Of a stretch of 64,000 bases of DNA, positions 19,639 through 49,600 are shown piece by piece; within the stretch, counting starts at the first letter, position 1; each line of letters opens with the position of its first letter. Origin of the DNA: Phoronis australis. Its lineage: Eukaryota > Animalia > Phoronida. Both the position numbers and the translations under genes were made by a program. The notes beneath the pieces are model-generated. The model was not told the DNA's origin. It ran no database searches and saw only the letters and a list, made by a program, of their open reading frames with translations. The stretch lies in NCBI GenBank assembly GCA_002633005.1, contig NMRA01000304.1:89200-153199 (forward strand), read 5' to 3'.

Positions 19639-21932
19639 AAGAAGATAGCTCTTGCCAAGATATATTTTCAAGTTGTATTTTGAACGCTCGTTATAGAACA
19701 TCGAGTCTTGTTATGTATAGTGGCTACAAATACACCTTCCGCCAAAAAACTGTTGATTTAGACTACGTACTGTTATGATTTTCAGCTTGTTCATTATTAG
19801 AGTTGGTCTGGAATGGTCATTTTGTTGTTGCTTAGAAAACACTTAATAAGTTGGATTGTCGTGGCGGGTCATTTTACACGATAAGCATGGTCTCAAACAA
19901 TAATAAAATGTTGCTTCTTTTGAAGCCCAAAATCACTTATAAGTGGGGTACAAGTCGAGATAAAGTTTATAGCAGTTTTTAGTTTAAATCTAGCACATTT
20001 GAGGAAGGCAGGTTTATGGCCGCTTTAAGTTTAACATTGGGGTTTGAATTGCCAATAAAATTGCCTGACAAACCATTGTGAACATGTTTTGTTTTTCTTT
20101 TTCAATAGAGGTCACGCTTACGGCTATTTCAATGATTTTCTTAAAATTCCTTTAGTTACACTAAAATGAGAATGCTTCACTTGAACTCAAATCTGTGTTC
20201 CACCCAAAAAGCAAAAATTTCAATTCACACCACTTAGCACTAAGTGGTCTCAACTTATTCCTTACCCAGATGGGAAATGTTTTCTGGGTTTTGCAAAGAA
20301 CTGACAATGTTTTATGTCTTGATACCAAAGTTGGTGTGTAAAACAATACAGAGTCTTTTCTCAAGAATAACGAGTTTTCAGTTCTTTCATAGGCAGGAAA
20401 TCATTTCCAATTTTATTAAAAACTATTCGAGACCAATTCCACAAAAGTGGTCTAAATGAGAAGTTGGTTTTTGTGATGGAAAGGTGTATGAAATTGCATT
20501 TTCACTTTAACTACATAAAAACAAATTGAGTGGAACCTTGTTACGTTACAACCAGGGCTTGGAATGACCAATGACGCAAAAATAGGAACATTTTCCAGGT
20601 GATTTATCGTTCCAAGACTTGTGTGATAGAAATATTCTTTGTTGTAAAATTTAACTGAAAAAATTTGTTCACAGTCAATAATGATAAAAGAGGAAACTGG
20701 AAAACAAGGAATTGGAAATCAAAACCTAAAAAGAGGAAATCCTCTTCAGAGAGAAAAAAATCCAAGTCCCGTACAACGTACCCTGTTAAGAAGGTTAAGT
20801 GATGACCAGACAAACGGAAGCAGTGGTGGCTATGGACGCCATCTGTGGACAGTAACTTGGTTCAAATACCTAGCATCCATAGCAGATAATGTGACGTACT
20901 TGGCTACGGACTTCTACAACCTTTTTCTGGAATAGCCTAATGACTACGTTTACACAAGAGGGTCGTCACAAGTTTTAAATAGGGTGTTTTTGTGCAATGG
21001 GCCCACCCTATGTGGCCAGAGCTCGTCCGATGCTATTCAGGTAGTCGGATCGCCTGCTGTAAGCTTTTTCCCTGGTTATAACGTTTATAGGGATATAACG
21101 TACAAACTTCCAAGTCCTGGTTTTACCCAATGTATTTTGATGGTGGTTACAATTGTTGACAATGCACACCTTTACAACAATTACACCTGCGTAACGTTCA
21201 CAATTTTCTGTCCCTTGCCATCAACAGTGAACAGCAGCCGACTTTGTGACCAGTCTATTGTCTTGCTTTTTGAATTGTGTTAGTATGCAAAAAGACCATT
21301 CACGAAGGCCTGTGGCCCAGAAGGGTTTATAACTGAACTCATTCCAGATGCAAACTAGCACCCTTGCCTCTACCATGACAATAGTTGGATTCAACTATCG
21401 AGGGAGCGCGGCGACTCCTTTTTTGCCAATGCACACAACGTTTTATTAGGTGGTGATAGTCGTATAATGTCGTACTATGGAAGTGTTTGAATGCAACATG
21501 CTTGTGTGGCTAAACAAAAAATGGAAGTTTGGAGAAAGTAAATGGACTGAAAATGTTTACCTGAGTAAGGTGAAGTCCCACTTTATGAGGGCTCAGTACA
21601 CCAACTAGAACAAATGTAGCAAGTAAATTTGTCCGAGTTAAGGGAAAGTCCTACTTAGGCACACACAACATACACAAGCGTTACTGTAGAAACTGTATGA
21701 AGGCATGAATTGCAAAATCGCCAAAAATAAGTAATAAAAACATTTATTTACACTAAAATTCATGATTAACACCGTAGTGGGCTGTAGGCAATCTCAGCCA
21801 TCACATTACAACCAATAATACATCCAAATGCCCCAGGGGCCACCATACATTGTGCAGGTGACATTTTGACATGATGCAATCAGTTCCAGCATAACAGTTG
21901 TACAACAAAGAGTGGAACTATAACAAGAGGTG

Positions 21933-37588
<15,656 letters not shown>

Positions 37589-37832
37589 TTTGGCGATATT
37601 TTATTCAGCGCACGTCGAGAACATAACAATATGGCGATCGAAATCTCGTGTATTCACGAGGAATTTCCCTCCAAACGAGACTTCAGGGTGCACCGTTGTT
37701 TCGCCTCGAAAACCAAAGGTGGGAAATTGGAAAGCTTTGCTGAACATCAGAGCAAGACAGATCGTTATTCGAGGCCAGGTGTTGGATATTTTGCTGGGAA
37801 ATATTCTTGTGGCGTCTTTCATTTCGGTAAGT
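37589..37832. promoter_or_regulatory. CDC5L promoter and putative divergent non-coding first exon of dystrophin, with a GTAAGT donor at 37827
   Basis: Locally CpG-rich, with ATATGGCG (YY1-like) and TTTGGCG motifs. A consensus plus-strand donor TCG|GTAAGT lies ~240 bp from the CDC5L ATG. The dystrophin ATG exon has its own acceptor at 46653, implying an upstream non-coding exon. Confidence 0.5.
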
Positions 37833-38640
37833 CTGGCTGTATCTTTTTAATTCATTGGTGCCGTAGTTCGTTTGGAGAAACCGCGGGTGATCAACCACCT
37901 GTGTGTGTACGAGTGGTGTTGTGTTATGTGTTTGCACTCGGATAAAGACATTGTACAGTTGTGAATCGAAAGTCGTGTTCTGTTGTGTTGTGCTTGTATG
38001 AGGTTGCCCGTTGTTGCTTTGTAATAGTGAAAATGCTGAGGTTGATTTCTCGACGAGAATTTGAGGCTTCACTAACTGTTGTCTTACTCAAGGCAATTTA
38101 GAATTTTAGAAATTAGTGCTAAGTTGACACTAATTGAATTCTCCTACACTTAGCAGAGCAATCTGACTGAATTTTTACAAATTCTAGCTGGTGATACCTT
38201 TGCACTTTGATATCGTTGTACCCAGTCTTTTCATGAAGAAGATAATGTTCTAAGAATTCTCACCCATGTTCTAAATGATAAAATTTAATTGTTGCAAAAT
38301 CTAAGTTTATGTCCCAAAGTTGTCAAACACAAGTGTGTCGAAAAAGACGGCTAAAATTCAACTGATGTCAATTTTTTACGTTATGGTAATTATGGAAAGC
38401 AATTATGATTTTAAATTTGATCCGAGTGTAAAAATTCCCCAAAGCCACATGTCCTAATCACAGATCAGATTTGAAGACTTTTTATACCCAGGTCAAAGGT
38501 CATGATTCGTTTCGTTGTATCAAATATGCAAAATTCCATGTGATATGAAGTTGAGCCGTCTTTTCACCAAACATGGGTCATACGTGTTTAAATAAGCGTA
38601 GATTATCGAGCTATGTTGTCAATATCATTACTTGTTTGTT

Positions 38641-38698
38641 ATTTTGTCGTGAATTCTATAGCCTATGTCATTTTGTCGTGATTTCTATAGCCTATGTC
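38641..38698. repeat. 29-bp tandem duplication
   Basis: ATTTTGTCGTGAWTTCTATAGCCTATGTC x2. Confidence 0.9.
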
Positions 38699-41600
38699 TA
38701 GTTTTCATCTAAGAATTTCACGAGATGCTGGTCCCACTTCTAGATCACGGGTTCATTGACTTTATCCTTCTCATCTTAGTCATGTATGTTAATCCTAGAT
38801 TTAAGGTCAAATGAATTCTTATCACTTGTTTTGTGATAACTTAGTGGATAACTTAGCTGTAAAAGTCACTAATTCCAAGTGACATTCTGTGAGTCGTTTT
38901 AAACTGCAGTGTTTTTGCTCTTACTAAGACGGTACATTTTTAAAACGGGTGTCATTAGCGCCACCATCTGTTCAGTTTTACTCTTTATATTCTTTGCCAT
39001 GCATTCCTTCTCATGCATGCAATTGCGAAAACATTGAAGAGAGAGGGGTGTTCTCCACTTTTTGAGGGGATATCATTATGTCATGGGGTTTAGTTGAATA
39101 CTGATCCTGGCTGTCAAGGCGATAGTCAATAACAGGGGTCCACATCTTGAGAACCAGTTTGATACCCTTTATGTTGATGGAGTGGAGAAAACTGGTTCTG
39201 GAGTAACTGACTATTGGTGCTTTATAAGTCAAGGCAATCAGTCTAGATATTTTAGACATAGAGCGCAACCAATTTCACCCTTTTTAAAGGCTTATTCCCT
39301 CAACAGCCTAATCCGTTTTCACGGGAGATTAGGTTAGCCCATTCAGGAGACCTGTCTATAGAACAAAAATTCAATAATAACTATGGGGTGTCATTACTAG
39401 TAACCCAACAAATCTGTGGACACTTTTTAAAAGCAATGTGCCAGTAAATCATAGAAAGCACTCATTCATGTGGAATCAACTGTGAAAAGTCACCCTCTTT
39501 GACTAAAACATCTCTGTGTATCACCTATGTAGGGAGGTAACTTTGAACCCAGCTCTTCCAAATGAGAGTTCTTGGAGTATAAATCCACATAGCAACAGTT
39601 GTAAACACATTGTAACAAAACCAACTCAAGTCTCGGGTGGTGCTCCTATATTTTTGACCGAGACGGGTGTTGCTGGATTAAGGTGGGATTCCCAACATTG
39701 GAGGGAATGGACTCGAAAAAGGGAACTCGTTTGTAGGGCAATTCCGTGAAAAATTTGCTTTTAATTGGATTTTGTTTAAAAAATATCACCCTTTTTGTAC
39801 AAGGGTTAATTCCGCAAACCTAACCCTTTTGTAGGGATTTTTTCACATCTGAATTTTAACACCATTAAGCCTGAAAGAGCTCAAGAAATTATGCCATGAT
39901 GTTAAAAATTGGTACATGTATTACAAATAAAGTTTTAGTTTAAAAATATAGGTATAATAAATTATTTAGAAGCCCGTCTGTAAATTTGTATAATTGAAAA
40001 ATGGAACCTTTAGTACAGTTTTAATCTCCAGACTGAATCCTTTTTGCACATAATTAAATCGAAAAAGCACCGTTTGCATAGGGAATTTCATCAAAAAAGG
40101 CATCCTATTGGGGGGAATTGGTTGAGAAAACGTCACCCTACTGAGCGACATGTCCAGTATACATCTTTGATGGGCGAACATCAGGAATCCACTTCTGCCC
40201 GAGTTGTCATTTTGTAAACCAGGTTTAATCCCACAAACACAAGTTTAGTGCAAACAGTGACATCTTACATTTCCTACATTTTCCAAAAATTTAAAAGAGA
40301 AATAGACTGACTATTTCAGCCTAAAGTCTGCCCTAATCAGTGGCTGTGTGCTTGTTAATTCCAAGTGGCATATACATGATGTTTTGACCACAACTGACAA
40401 AGCAAACAAACCTCAGGCTCCACTGACCTCACTGATAAAAGAGTCACCATTAAGATTAATTTTCATAAATGTGGCTGTTGTGATAAATGTGGCTGTTGTG
40501 ATATTAAGCTTATCGTAATCCACCGATCACTTTTCTTTCGTAGTATGACCCCAGCAATGCACAAATTCTTACTGGTTTGACCCTATGAAAATAATAAATG
40601 ATAATAAACTGCTTAATTCCACATAATTGCCTGTTGGTTGTTATTGTAAAGTTGTTTACATGCCGAGGATGGTGGCAGAGTATGTATCCATTGATCCTTG
40701 ATAATTGTCTCATTGGACTCAATGGGTGCAGGAGGTCTAAACCTTGCTCTGGTTTTTTACATTTCTCTGTGGCTAGAACTGACTGAAGCCCTAGATTTTA
40801 ATTAGAAATCCATGCATTGTTCTTGTTTGAATTTTCTCAAATGTTTCTCCATGTGTGTGTTCCGAAAGGCAGTGACGGTGTTTTAAAAGAAGGTTGCTCT
40901 ACAATTTTCAAGTGTTCAAAGAAAGCAATTTTATATTAACTTCAATTTTGTTAGGGTATTGCAAAACTACACAGTATTGTGGACAAGGGAAATTATATTT
41001 TTTCGATGTTTTCTTAAAAGATAAGTAGTGTTCACCAAATAATTGCTTTATCATTTTTTAAGTTCTGTACCAGAACTACCACCAGACAATATGTTTTGAT
41101 AAATTGGGAGGAGTATTCAGTTATCATGTAATAGCCTGTTGAGAAATAAAAAAGATCATTTTTAGCTGTTACAAACTGTCTGAATTTAGTTCAGTCGCTG
41201 CAACTTGTCCTTATTTGAATTACACTCACTAATCATGGACCCTGATAGGTCAAATTTATAAAAAGTGAGCGCTGCAGTCATTAATTTTTATTTTTAATTA
41301 ATTTCGCATAAGATTTTGTAACTCTGTTTGCTTTGCAAAGGAGTGTATTTGTCCTCTCTCATCTGACCTGATAAGACTACCGTATTATTGAGATAGGTCT
41401 GACTTCTGTTTGATACTCTAGGGTGAGATATGTACTAGGTTGCCCTATACTTCCATTTTCTGGCAGAGGTATGGTATTTAATTCATTTCATACCTGTGCG
41501 AAATGACCTCGGAACTATTGGCAGCTTGTACTTAAGGTGGGACATTAGTATTAAGTCCAAGTTTGCCATAATATTCTTTTGTTCTTCTGACAAATGCCGC

Positions 41601-44599
41601 TTTGCTAAAGGTCAGCGTGACATACTAAACTGAAAGGTTTGTAAGCCATTTCTTTGATATGTTCATTACCTTTTCATAAGGCATTGGTTATAGAAAGTAT
41701 CTGAGTTGAGTGTCATTCCGATTTTTCTCTGCAAGTTTTGGCATTTTTTGATCAGCTTCTAGTTTTTAGACACTTGTAATTTTGTGTCTTCATGTACATA
41801 CATAACATGGGGTTTCTTTACATGGTGTCTGTGAGAAACTGTAGTGCTACTCAACAATACTGGGGCTTTCAGAGTTTCCAGGTACCGCAAGGTCAGAAAA
41901 TTTTGCCGCAGCCAGCCTTCAACTGTTTGTATTTTATAACAAGGCCACAATCAGACCTTCCATCGCCCTTGGCAATAAAATTTGACACTTGGTAATGTGC
42001 CACAGTTGAGCAGTGACCTGGGTAGATGGTCAATTATAAACAATATAAATATTGAAGTGTCTACTGTCACTTTTAGGAAGCAGTCATTTATGTCTCTGAG
42101 CCAAGTCGTGGCCTGGCGTGCGCTATGTAAGTTTCAGGACTTTTGACTGTTAGCATGCAAGTTCTGAGGGCAATGCGTGTAGTTTTTCTAGTCTCATAGG
42201 TCAACTGCTATGTTTTTTACTGATGTGCTATGCCTTTTTGCCAGTTTGGAATTGCTAAAGTACTATGTTCTTTCAGTAGTTGTAGCCTTTAAAAATCTAT
42301 ATCAGTAGACCATCAAAATTGGCAGCAATGGGGGAGTGAGTGTTGCTGCATCTAGTAAGTCTCAGTTCCACCATTTTTGATAATTGCTGTGGTCATTCAG
42401 ATTAAAAAAGGTTTGACATTGGTTTGTGTTTCTTTGATCAAGCCGCGTTACTTTTATCATTGGTCCTTGCAGTGTAGCATCCTAATTGGTACTTGACTGG
42501 AGTTTTGAAGATAAGTTTTTCTGTGTTTGATAAGCCAGATATGAAGGCTAGAACATGAAAGGCTGCCACGGTAACATGAACTTGGGGCAAATATTCAGAC
42601 TGTTCATTCTGCTGACCTGTCTACAAAGTATGTACCGTAAAGCTTCTTATATCAACTGGGTTTCTAGTAGACACAGGTCCAAGACTGTGGAGTCGAGCTG
42701 TAAGATTAGGTACACTGTGATTAATTAATACTTTGTAAGTATTAGCCCAGATTTCATTACTGACCATGCAGGATATTTGGTATCCATTTGTAATCATCTA
42801 GCAATTGGCAAAGGTGATTTTTACAGGTGTATACTTGTGGCTTTGGCCTGGAATGCCTTGTCTTCAGTAAACATTTGTGCCTACCATAATAGAGTCACGA
42901 TCTGTACTAGTATCATGTCTGAATAAATACTCATTTTCTATTAGCACATTTGGTACCTTCATTGCCAGTTATTTTGTAGTTACATCAAAGCTTAGGAATT
43001 GAGTTTCCCACTTGTCAATGACCTGTTCCTTCAAGTTTAATGTTCTCACCTGTAGATTAGTAATGGACAGGTGTTTGATGCTTATTGTTTCGTTCCTTTG
43101 CCATGGTCTAAAAGTAGTCATCACAAAACATTGAAACTGTTTATTTTATTGATTAACACGCAGATCCGTTATGGCTCTGTGCATCACATCTTTGTTAGTT
43201 CTCAGCAGCAAAACATTTTGAATTCTCCGCATTGAGAGGCTTCTGCAAGCTGAAAGAGTGTTTAGTGCTTAATAGATCGAGCAGTGCCATTCACGGTCAG
43301 TGCTGACTTGCGCAAAGCTATACAGGTACCTTAAGTTGGAGTGCATGACATCCTCAGACTACATCGCCATTCACATTTAGAGTGCTCCCATGTCTAAACA
43401 CTCTAGGGACTGTAGTATAAATTAACATATTTTTGTATAGGTGTTGTATTGGTAATAACAGAGGATTTGCATATTTCTGTGTTAGCTTGTACAGGAGAGG
43501 CCAAGTGTTGTTGTTTGCCTTTAGGATTGGCCTATGTTTATTCTTCCTACCCTGAATGGCATAATAGAATCATGAGGACCTGTGTGATTTTTGTGGGACA
43601 CATTATGCAAGGGTTGAACAGTACAAGTGGACAGGACCACAGATGACCTTAGTGTAGTTGGATTGGGCCAATTCACAGGGGGACAATTGCGTATTGAACA
43701 TATGTGTTAGCTCCATGTGTGGGAGCAACTGGCTTAGTGTTCTGTCCTCATGTAAATATTGTTAAGAACACTGACCACCTAGTAAAATCGGTGACCTATT
43801 CGATATAGCAGCAACCTTTGAAATAAATAACCTGCCACTAGGTGGTGGTCCAGTTTTCATTGGGCAGGCTACTACACTATAATTTGGATATTTTTTCAAA
43901 AGTTGCTGAAATCACCATTTTCCATATTTTTAAAGGCTTTGGTGACCACTCCTTGCTCAGAATTTCCCCCTTGGCCGATAAATTTCGATCACTGCCACCT
44001 TTTTACCGAAGTGAACGATTGCACTGTATTATGTCCGGAACTGAACATTTTTAACCCTAAACAAAATCCGTGGTGTTGGTGAAGTTTCGGAAAGGTGTGC
44101 GGTGACATGTAATTTAACATTTTACAATTTATTTTGAAGTCACCATTCCGTCAAATTACTCCAGTTGTGGGTGTTTGACTGACATGCAAAAATACCAATG
44201 TCGGGGGTTATAAGTGTAGATAAAACAATTTATCCCCCAATAAAGCTAGAACAGTAAATAACTGCCAGGTAATAATCCATACAATTAATTCCTGTGTTAG
44301 ATACCGATTTGGCGGGGAAAAGATGACAGACATGTCGTGGTGTTGCGTTGAAGACAATAACGTGCGTGGTTTGATCCACTTCACTTTATGGGGATGACAG
44401 GCTTCAAACACAATAAATGTTAAATATGTCCATTTTCGTACCAGTTTTTTTGAGATGTTATCTTGAACATTTAGATTGAAGGAAATTTGTTCGTGCATGT
44501 AGTTGATACCGTTTATCAAAATGATTGCAGGCAGTACTAGATGTGTGCAGGCTGCTCATGTGGGCTCATTGTGCTGGTCATCTTGAACCATTTCCATGC

Positions 44600-44732
44600 T
44601 TTTTATAGTTAAAACTGAACTGAGGAGTATGAGACCTGATTGAAGAGTCTAGCAATGTGCTCCCATGGAACTCCAACTCACAACCTTGAGAAAAGGGAGC
44701 AGGCACTTATCCGACTAAGTCACACTGCCTCC
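44600..44732 (-). mobile_element. tRNA-derived SINE, same family as 31064-31195
   Basis: The reverse complement reads GGAGGCAGTGTGACTTAGTCGGATAAG...GGTTGTGAGTTGGAGTTCC...CTAGACTCTTCAATCAGGTCTCATACTCCTCAG. Confidence 0.6.
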
Positions 44733-45757
44733 TCAATCGATACAGTTTGAATAAGAATCTCTTTTTTTAGTAAGTTTTTACAAAAAAGATATGACCCAAG
44801 TGGCTGCAGACTGGTATACAAGTCAAAAGTCAAGAAATTCAAATTCTTCGGGCTATACATACTTTTACTGAATTAAAGTCTTTGTCTTTGTAGGTATTTG
44901 GTTAAATGCGTGGATTTGTCGATAAGGCCCCACATACCCTCAACCAAAAATTATCCACCTTATCTCATTTGGCTATACTTGGTTGTATTAAGTTTTATGT
45001 GGCTTCAAGCAATAAACAATTTTCCCTGTTCTGCACTGAGCTAATGTTGCTGTCTGGAGTTTATGGCCAGGCAGTGGAAATCCTGTCTGTATCATTACTT
45101 TTAAGTTGTTGTGCCCAAGTTTAGGTTAAAATTTAAATTAAACTGAATTTTTTTGTATGTTTTAGACTGAAATGAATTGTGATCTCTAATCCAGGTTTGA
45201 AAAGTTCCCAAATCTGTTTGTGTCCTTAACACTTTCTCTTATGTACTGTGTCGCCACAAAAGGCTAAAGTTTTGGCAATCAAATGGCAATGACCTCAACA
45301 TTTTCTTGGAAAAAATCAAAACTTTGTGAAAACTTGTAAAATCTTACTTACCTAGTTTAAATTCTAAAGAATACAAAGCAGTCGAAAGTGGTAAAAAAAA
45401 AACAAGGTTAAAGCATCTATAACGTCCCACGCATCGCTAGTTAGCTCTATCTGAAAAAGCAAATTTTAAAGTTTTGACTTAGTGTTGGTGAAACTTTGTG
45501 TTGAAATAATTAATGAACTCTATTCAATTCCTGATTTTGTCATTTGTGTGCTTGCTCGTCATATTAAAAAATAAATCCGTGGTAAGGGTTCCGCCCAACA
45601 GGAACCAAAACAATGGTTTTCAGAGGTGGCATTGGGTGGGGCCAGCATAATGAGGTATTTTTCAATTTGAAGTAATCATCATTTTTACTGTATGATTTTA
45701 CCATTACAACATTTGAATATGGAATCCTGGACTTGGAGTTATTAAAAAAGGGTAGTG

Positions 45758-45854
45758 GTCATTTAAAGGGGTTCTGCATTTTGAGAACCAGTTCTTCTTC
45801 ACAAAATTATGAACATCAAACTGGTTCTCAAAATGTCGAACCCCTGTAAGTGAC
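45758..45854. mobile_element. Short palindromic MITE
   Basis: Arms GTCATTTAAAGGGGTTCTGCATTTTGAGAACCAGTT and AACTGGTTCTCAAAATGTCGAACCCCTGTAAGTGAC. A related end lies at ~57328-57357. Confidence 0.65.
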
Positions 45855-46682
45855 AATTGTCTAAAAAGGTTTTGACTATACTGTGATTTCTGATGTAATG
45901 TATTGCCTTACTATTTCATTAATATCACATATGACCTAAAGATGTCGCTACGTGACCACAACTGAAAGATTTGTATGGATTCCTAGCATTTTTAAGAACT
46001 CTTTATTTGAGTTGTCACAATTTAAGAATTTTCTGGTGGTTGTTTTATCATTTTGATATAAACCAAAGACATAATTTTGAAATGATCAAAATTAAAAAAC
46101 TTTAAACATAAGTCATTCTGTCAAAGTTTATAGATATTATTTTCGAACAGATCCTGTAGATTTGTCTCACAGCACACATTTGCTAATTAGTAGATTGAGG
46201 TCTTTCGACCACCTGCCACTTATGAATGTATGAAGGATTGTGAATAGGAAGCTGTGATGTCACAAGTAAGCTTAAGACATAATGACAAGCCTTGGCTTGG
46301 TTCATTGATCAGTTGAAGTTTGCATAGGGATCTTGAAGTCATTCATGCATATGTAGGCTTTGTTTTGTTTTTTTTAACGCAAGAATTGTCTCATGTTGGT
46401 AGGTCACCATTTTCATCAGCAAATCAAAACACTGAGATTTGGCATTTATGGCTTGGTTGCAGTTGGAATGCTGTTGAAAAACATCTGTTGTAAGGGAAAA
46501 GTGTTTTGTAAAACTGAAGTCTTGATTATTTCAAAACTAAACAAACCACCCATTAAGGTGATTTGTTACCATTCAGGCATTCAGAAGATGTATGTTCATT
46601 GTAGCTTTGACAATGGGGCTTGTAAGGTTTAAGACCTGGTTTCACTGTTGCAGGTTAAACTGATGGATCTTTAGTCACAACC

Positions 46683-49600
46683 ATGTCCAGGTATTCGATC
46701 AAGAGGCGAGCCTCTGAGGAGGAAAGTGAATTGGACACGTTCAAAGAGAAGATCAGAGAGTTTGCAGGTAGGTCTGTTGTGTGTCATAGTAATAGCTGTA
46801 TTATAGTTTGGTTTCCCAGGGTTGGGCTTCTTACAAACTTAAAACATATATTTAGAAGTGTTTCTGTGCTTGTTTCGAAATGTACAACCAAAACTGGCAG
46901 TACAAAAGGCATTTTGCCCTCAGCTTGATCTAAGTACAGATAAATTAGTTGAGAAATAGTATTAAATTTGAGATATTCTATGCTAACGAATCTGCTCTAC
47001 TGTACCAAGTACTCGCAAAACTCATTTTTTTGTCTCAAGCAATGTCATCGGATGTTATGTTCTTTCATTACACATTCAGCAGACAGACAGAACCAAGTTT
47101 ACATGATACACACCTACAGAGATGTGAAAATTTTTATTCAAGTGGCTTCTTTCCATTCATATTTTCGAGCCAGGCATTCCCTTCAAAATTCACGTATAAT
47201 AGTTCAAAATGCTTCATTTGAAAATGTCTTTTGAGGTAGTTGTCACTGACTAGGGATCTAGACAAATAAAATGTCAGCCCTAGGCTACATCAGTCATCTG
47301 ATTTGTTTAAAGTAACATCACCAGAGACATTTCTCATTCCCAGTGTGCTCTCTGTCACTCCAGTCAGTAATGAATCTTTGACCTGCAGTATCTCATGTGC
47401 CATTGCTAAAACATCTCATGTTTGGTGCGCGTGCAGTCTTAATTTTGATGAAATGCTCCACTTCAAAACTATTTTTTGCGTTCAGTTTCTTAAACCTTGT
47501 TTTTCCCCTAATTGCCATTCAACTCAATATTGGGGGACTACCAGTGTGCACTGCTATTTATAAAAACTTGGCAGTTATGCCATTTTTCCCTGGGGAGTCT
47601 TCCAAAATTGCTGAAACCATTAACAGTATCTTGTTGATGTAGTTATAGCCCCATTAGATAGACTCTGACATCCATTACAACCTCCAGCCACAGTCATAAC
47701 CACACTGGCACAGAAACTTTCTCCACAGCTAGCTGACATATGATAGTCTACTCATTTATTCACTTTTTACCCAATTGATATGACAGATATTTCAGCAGGA
47801 GTCTCCTCTGGGAAATCAACACTTTGATGGCTGTATGAAATGCCACATTTTTATTACTGGCGTTTACAACACTGTCTGAACTACTGCACTCTGCTACACG
47901 TTTCTCCTCCAGATTTCCTCGTCTGCTTCGTACGAAATCCTTTTAATTCTTTCACTTTCTAATTAGCTAAAACACAGAAGGAATTTGTTATAGTCGAGGT
48001 CAAAGTTTTTACCCTCGCCCACTTAAAGCTTCCTTACGGTATAAAAACTGCTATATTCTGTTAACAATTTAGTAGAAAAACAGAGTTGTAACATGAAATT
48101 TCTCATCAAAATGAGAATTAGAAAATCTTGCATTCTCGTTTGCGTGGTTTGCTCTGTATTGATGCCGGCAAACAACATTTGGTAAAATTTGATCATTTGC
48201 AGTGATGTGGTAACCTTTGGACAATGGGACGTAATTTTAGCACGTCTTTTGCTAGATATTTAAATGTCTTTGTGGTTCTTGGTCATTCCACTTACCCATC
48301 TTATTCTGTATGAAATAAACACTTTTCAGATGGGGGGTGGGGTCAGTTCTGCTAAAGATGCTCTCTCCAGCAGTTGATGTTAATGGCTCTACTATTTGAC
48401 TATTTGATTGGCCGGTTATGTAAGGAATGAGAAGCCGGTAAACAACTGTTTCTCAGATGATTTTGCCAACTGTTCCTTGTATCTCGTTAGCAGAGATATA
48501 GCTGAGCCAGTTTTAATTGCATAGATGCATTTGCATCGTGTGGTCGGTCATTCGTCCTCCAGCTTAGCTGGCGTGTTCTCTGTACAATAACATCTAAGGT
48601 CACTTGTAGTACGGATACTTGTGTGGATCTGTGTAGGTGATCTTTGTATCCGTTCATTCAAGGCTTCGGTTAGTGGTGATTTGCATATATCTGGGGCCAC
48701 CATGTCAGTGTAATCAAAATTTATTTTCTTCTCAACATCTTTTGTAGCATCGTAGGTACAGGTAAACGTTAAACATTTGCACTAAGTTTATTTATTATTA
48801 TTATTATTGGTTTCTAGAATGTTGATTTCAAGGTCTGAATTATCTGTTCATGTTTATTGTTATGCGTTATTGCATTGGTAATTCCTAAATACTATTTGCT
48901 ATTTAAACTTTCATATTGGTTTCCTGGCTGTATTTATAAGGTTTGTGTTTCTCCATATTTGCAAAAAAGCACGTCGCTATTGTTGCAAGATTTTTATGGG
49001 TTATGTAGTAATATTTCAAAGCAAATATCGAAAGTAATTTGCATTCCGAAGTCAAGAGAATTTTCATCTCTTTATGATCTGTTGTCCACCTGTTTGCATT
49101 ACCAAGGGAAAAGTTTCGGTTACAAAACTGAAATCTGATCTTTGTTTTTGAAATCTTGCATTTGATTATGAGCAAAGGTTTAAGTGGAAAACCTTGTGTT
49201 TTTCTAGCAGTTAGCTCTGTTTGTTTTGACTAGCATTTTTACAAGCTTATTGAAACAATGCGGCTGTCCGGCATAATCCCTGGCGTACTTAATCCCTGTC
49301 TGGCAAATCATTGTTCTAAAGGCAATATGTCTGGAGAAGTTTGAGAAGATGACCCACAAAATTAACTTGACTGCATGCAGATGAATTACCAATTAAAAGC
49401 AGAATCCAGTTAATCGCAAATCACATTATGTAATTAATTTCATCAATTCCAGTTGATTTGCACATGGTGTATTTGTCTAGTGTTAAATGCTTGATCCCAG
49501 AGGTGGAGAGGAAGTCTGCATGATTAGTAATTAGCAAAGATCGTTTATGCGCTGTCTCATTCTTAATAACTGAGATACCTGTTCAGTGAACAATGATATG

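Noticed and set aside
48696-48767. Kozak-like GCCACCATG and a possible 6-nt microexon (AG|GTACAG|GT)
   Set aside because: The ATG meets TAA after two further codons, and a microexon cannot be supported without reads.
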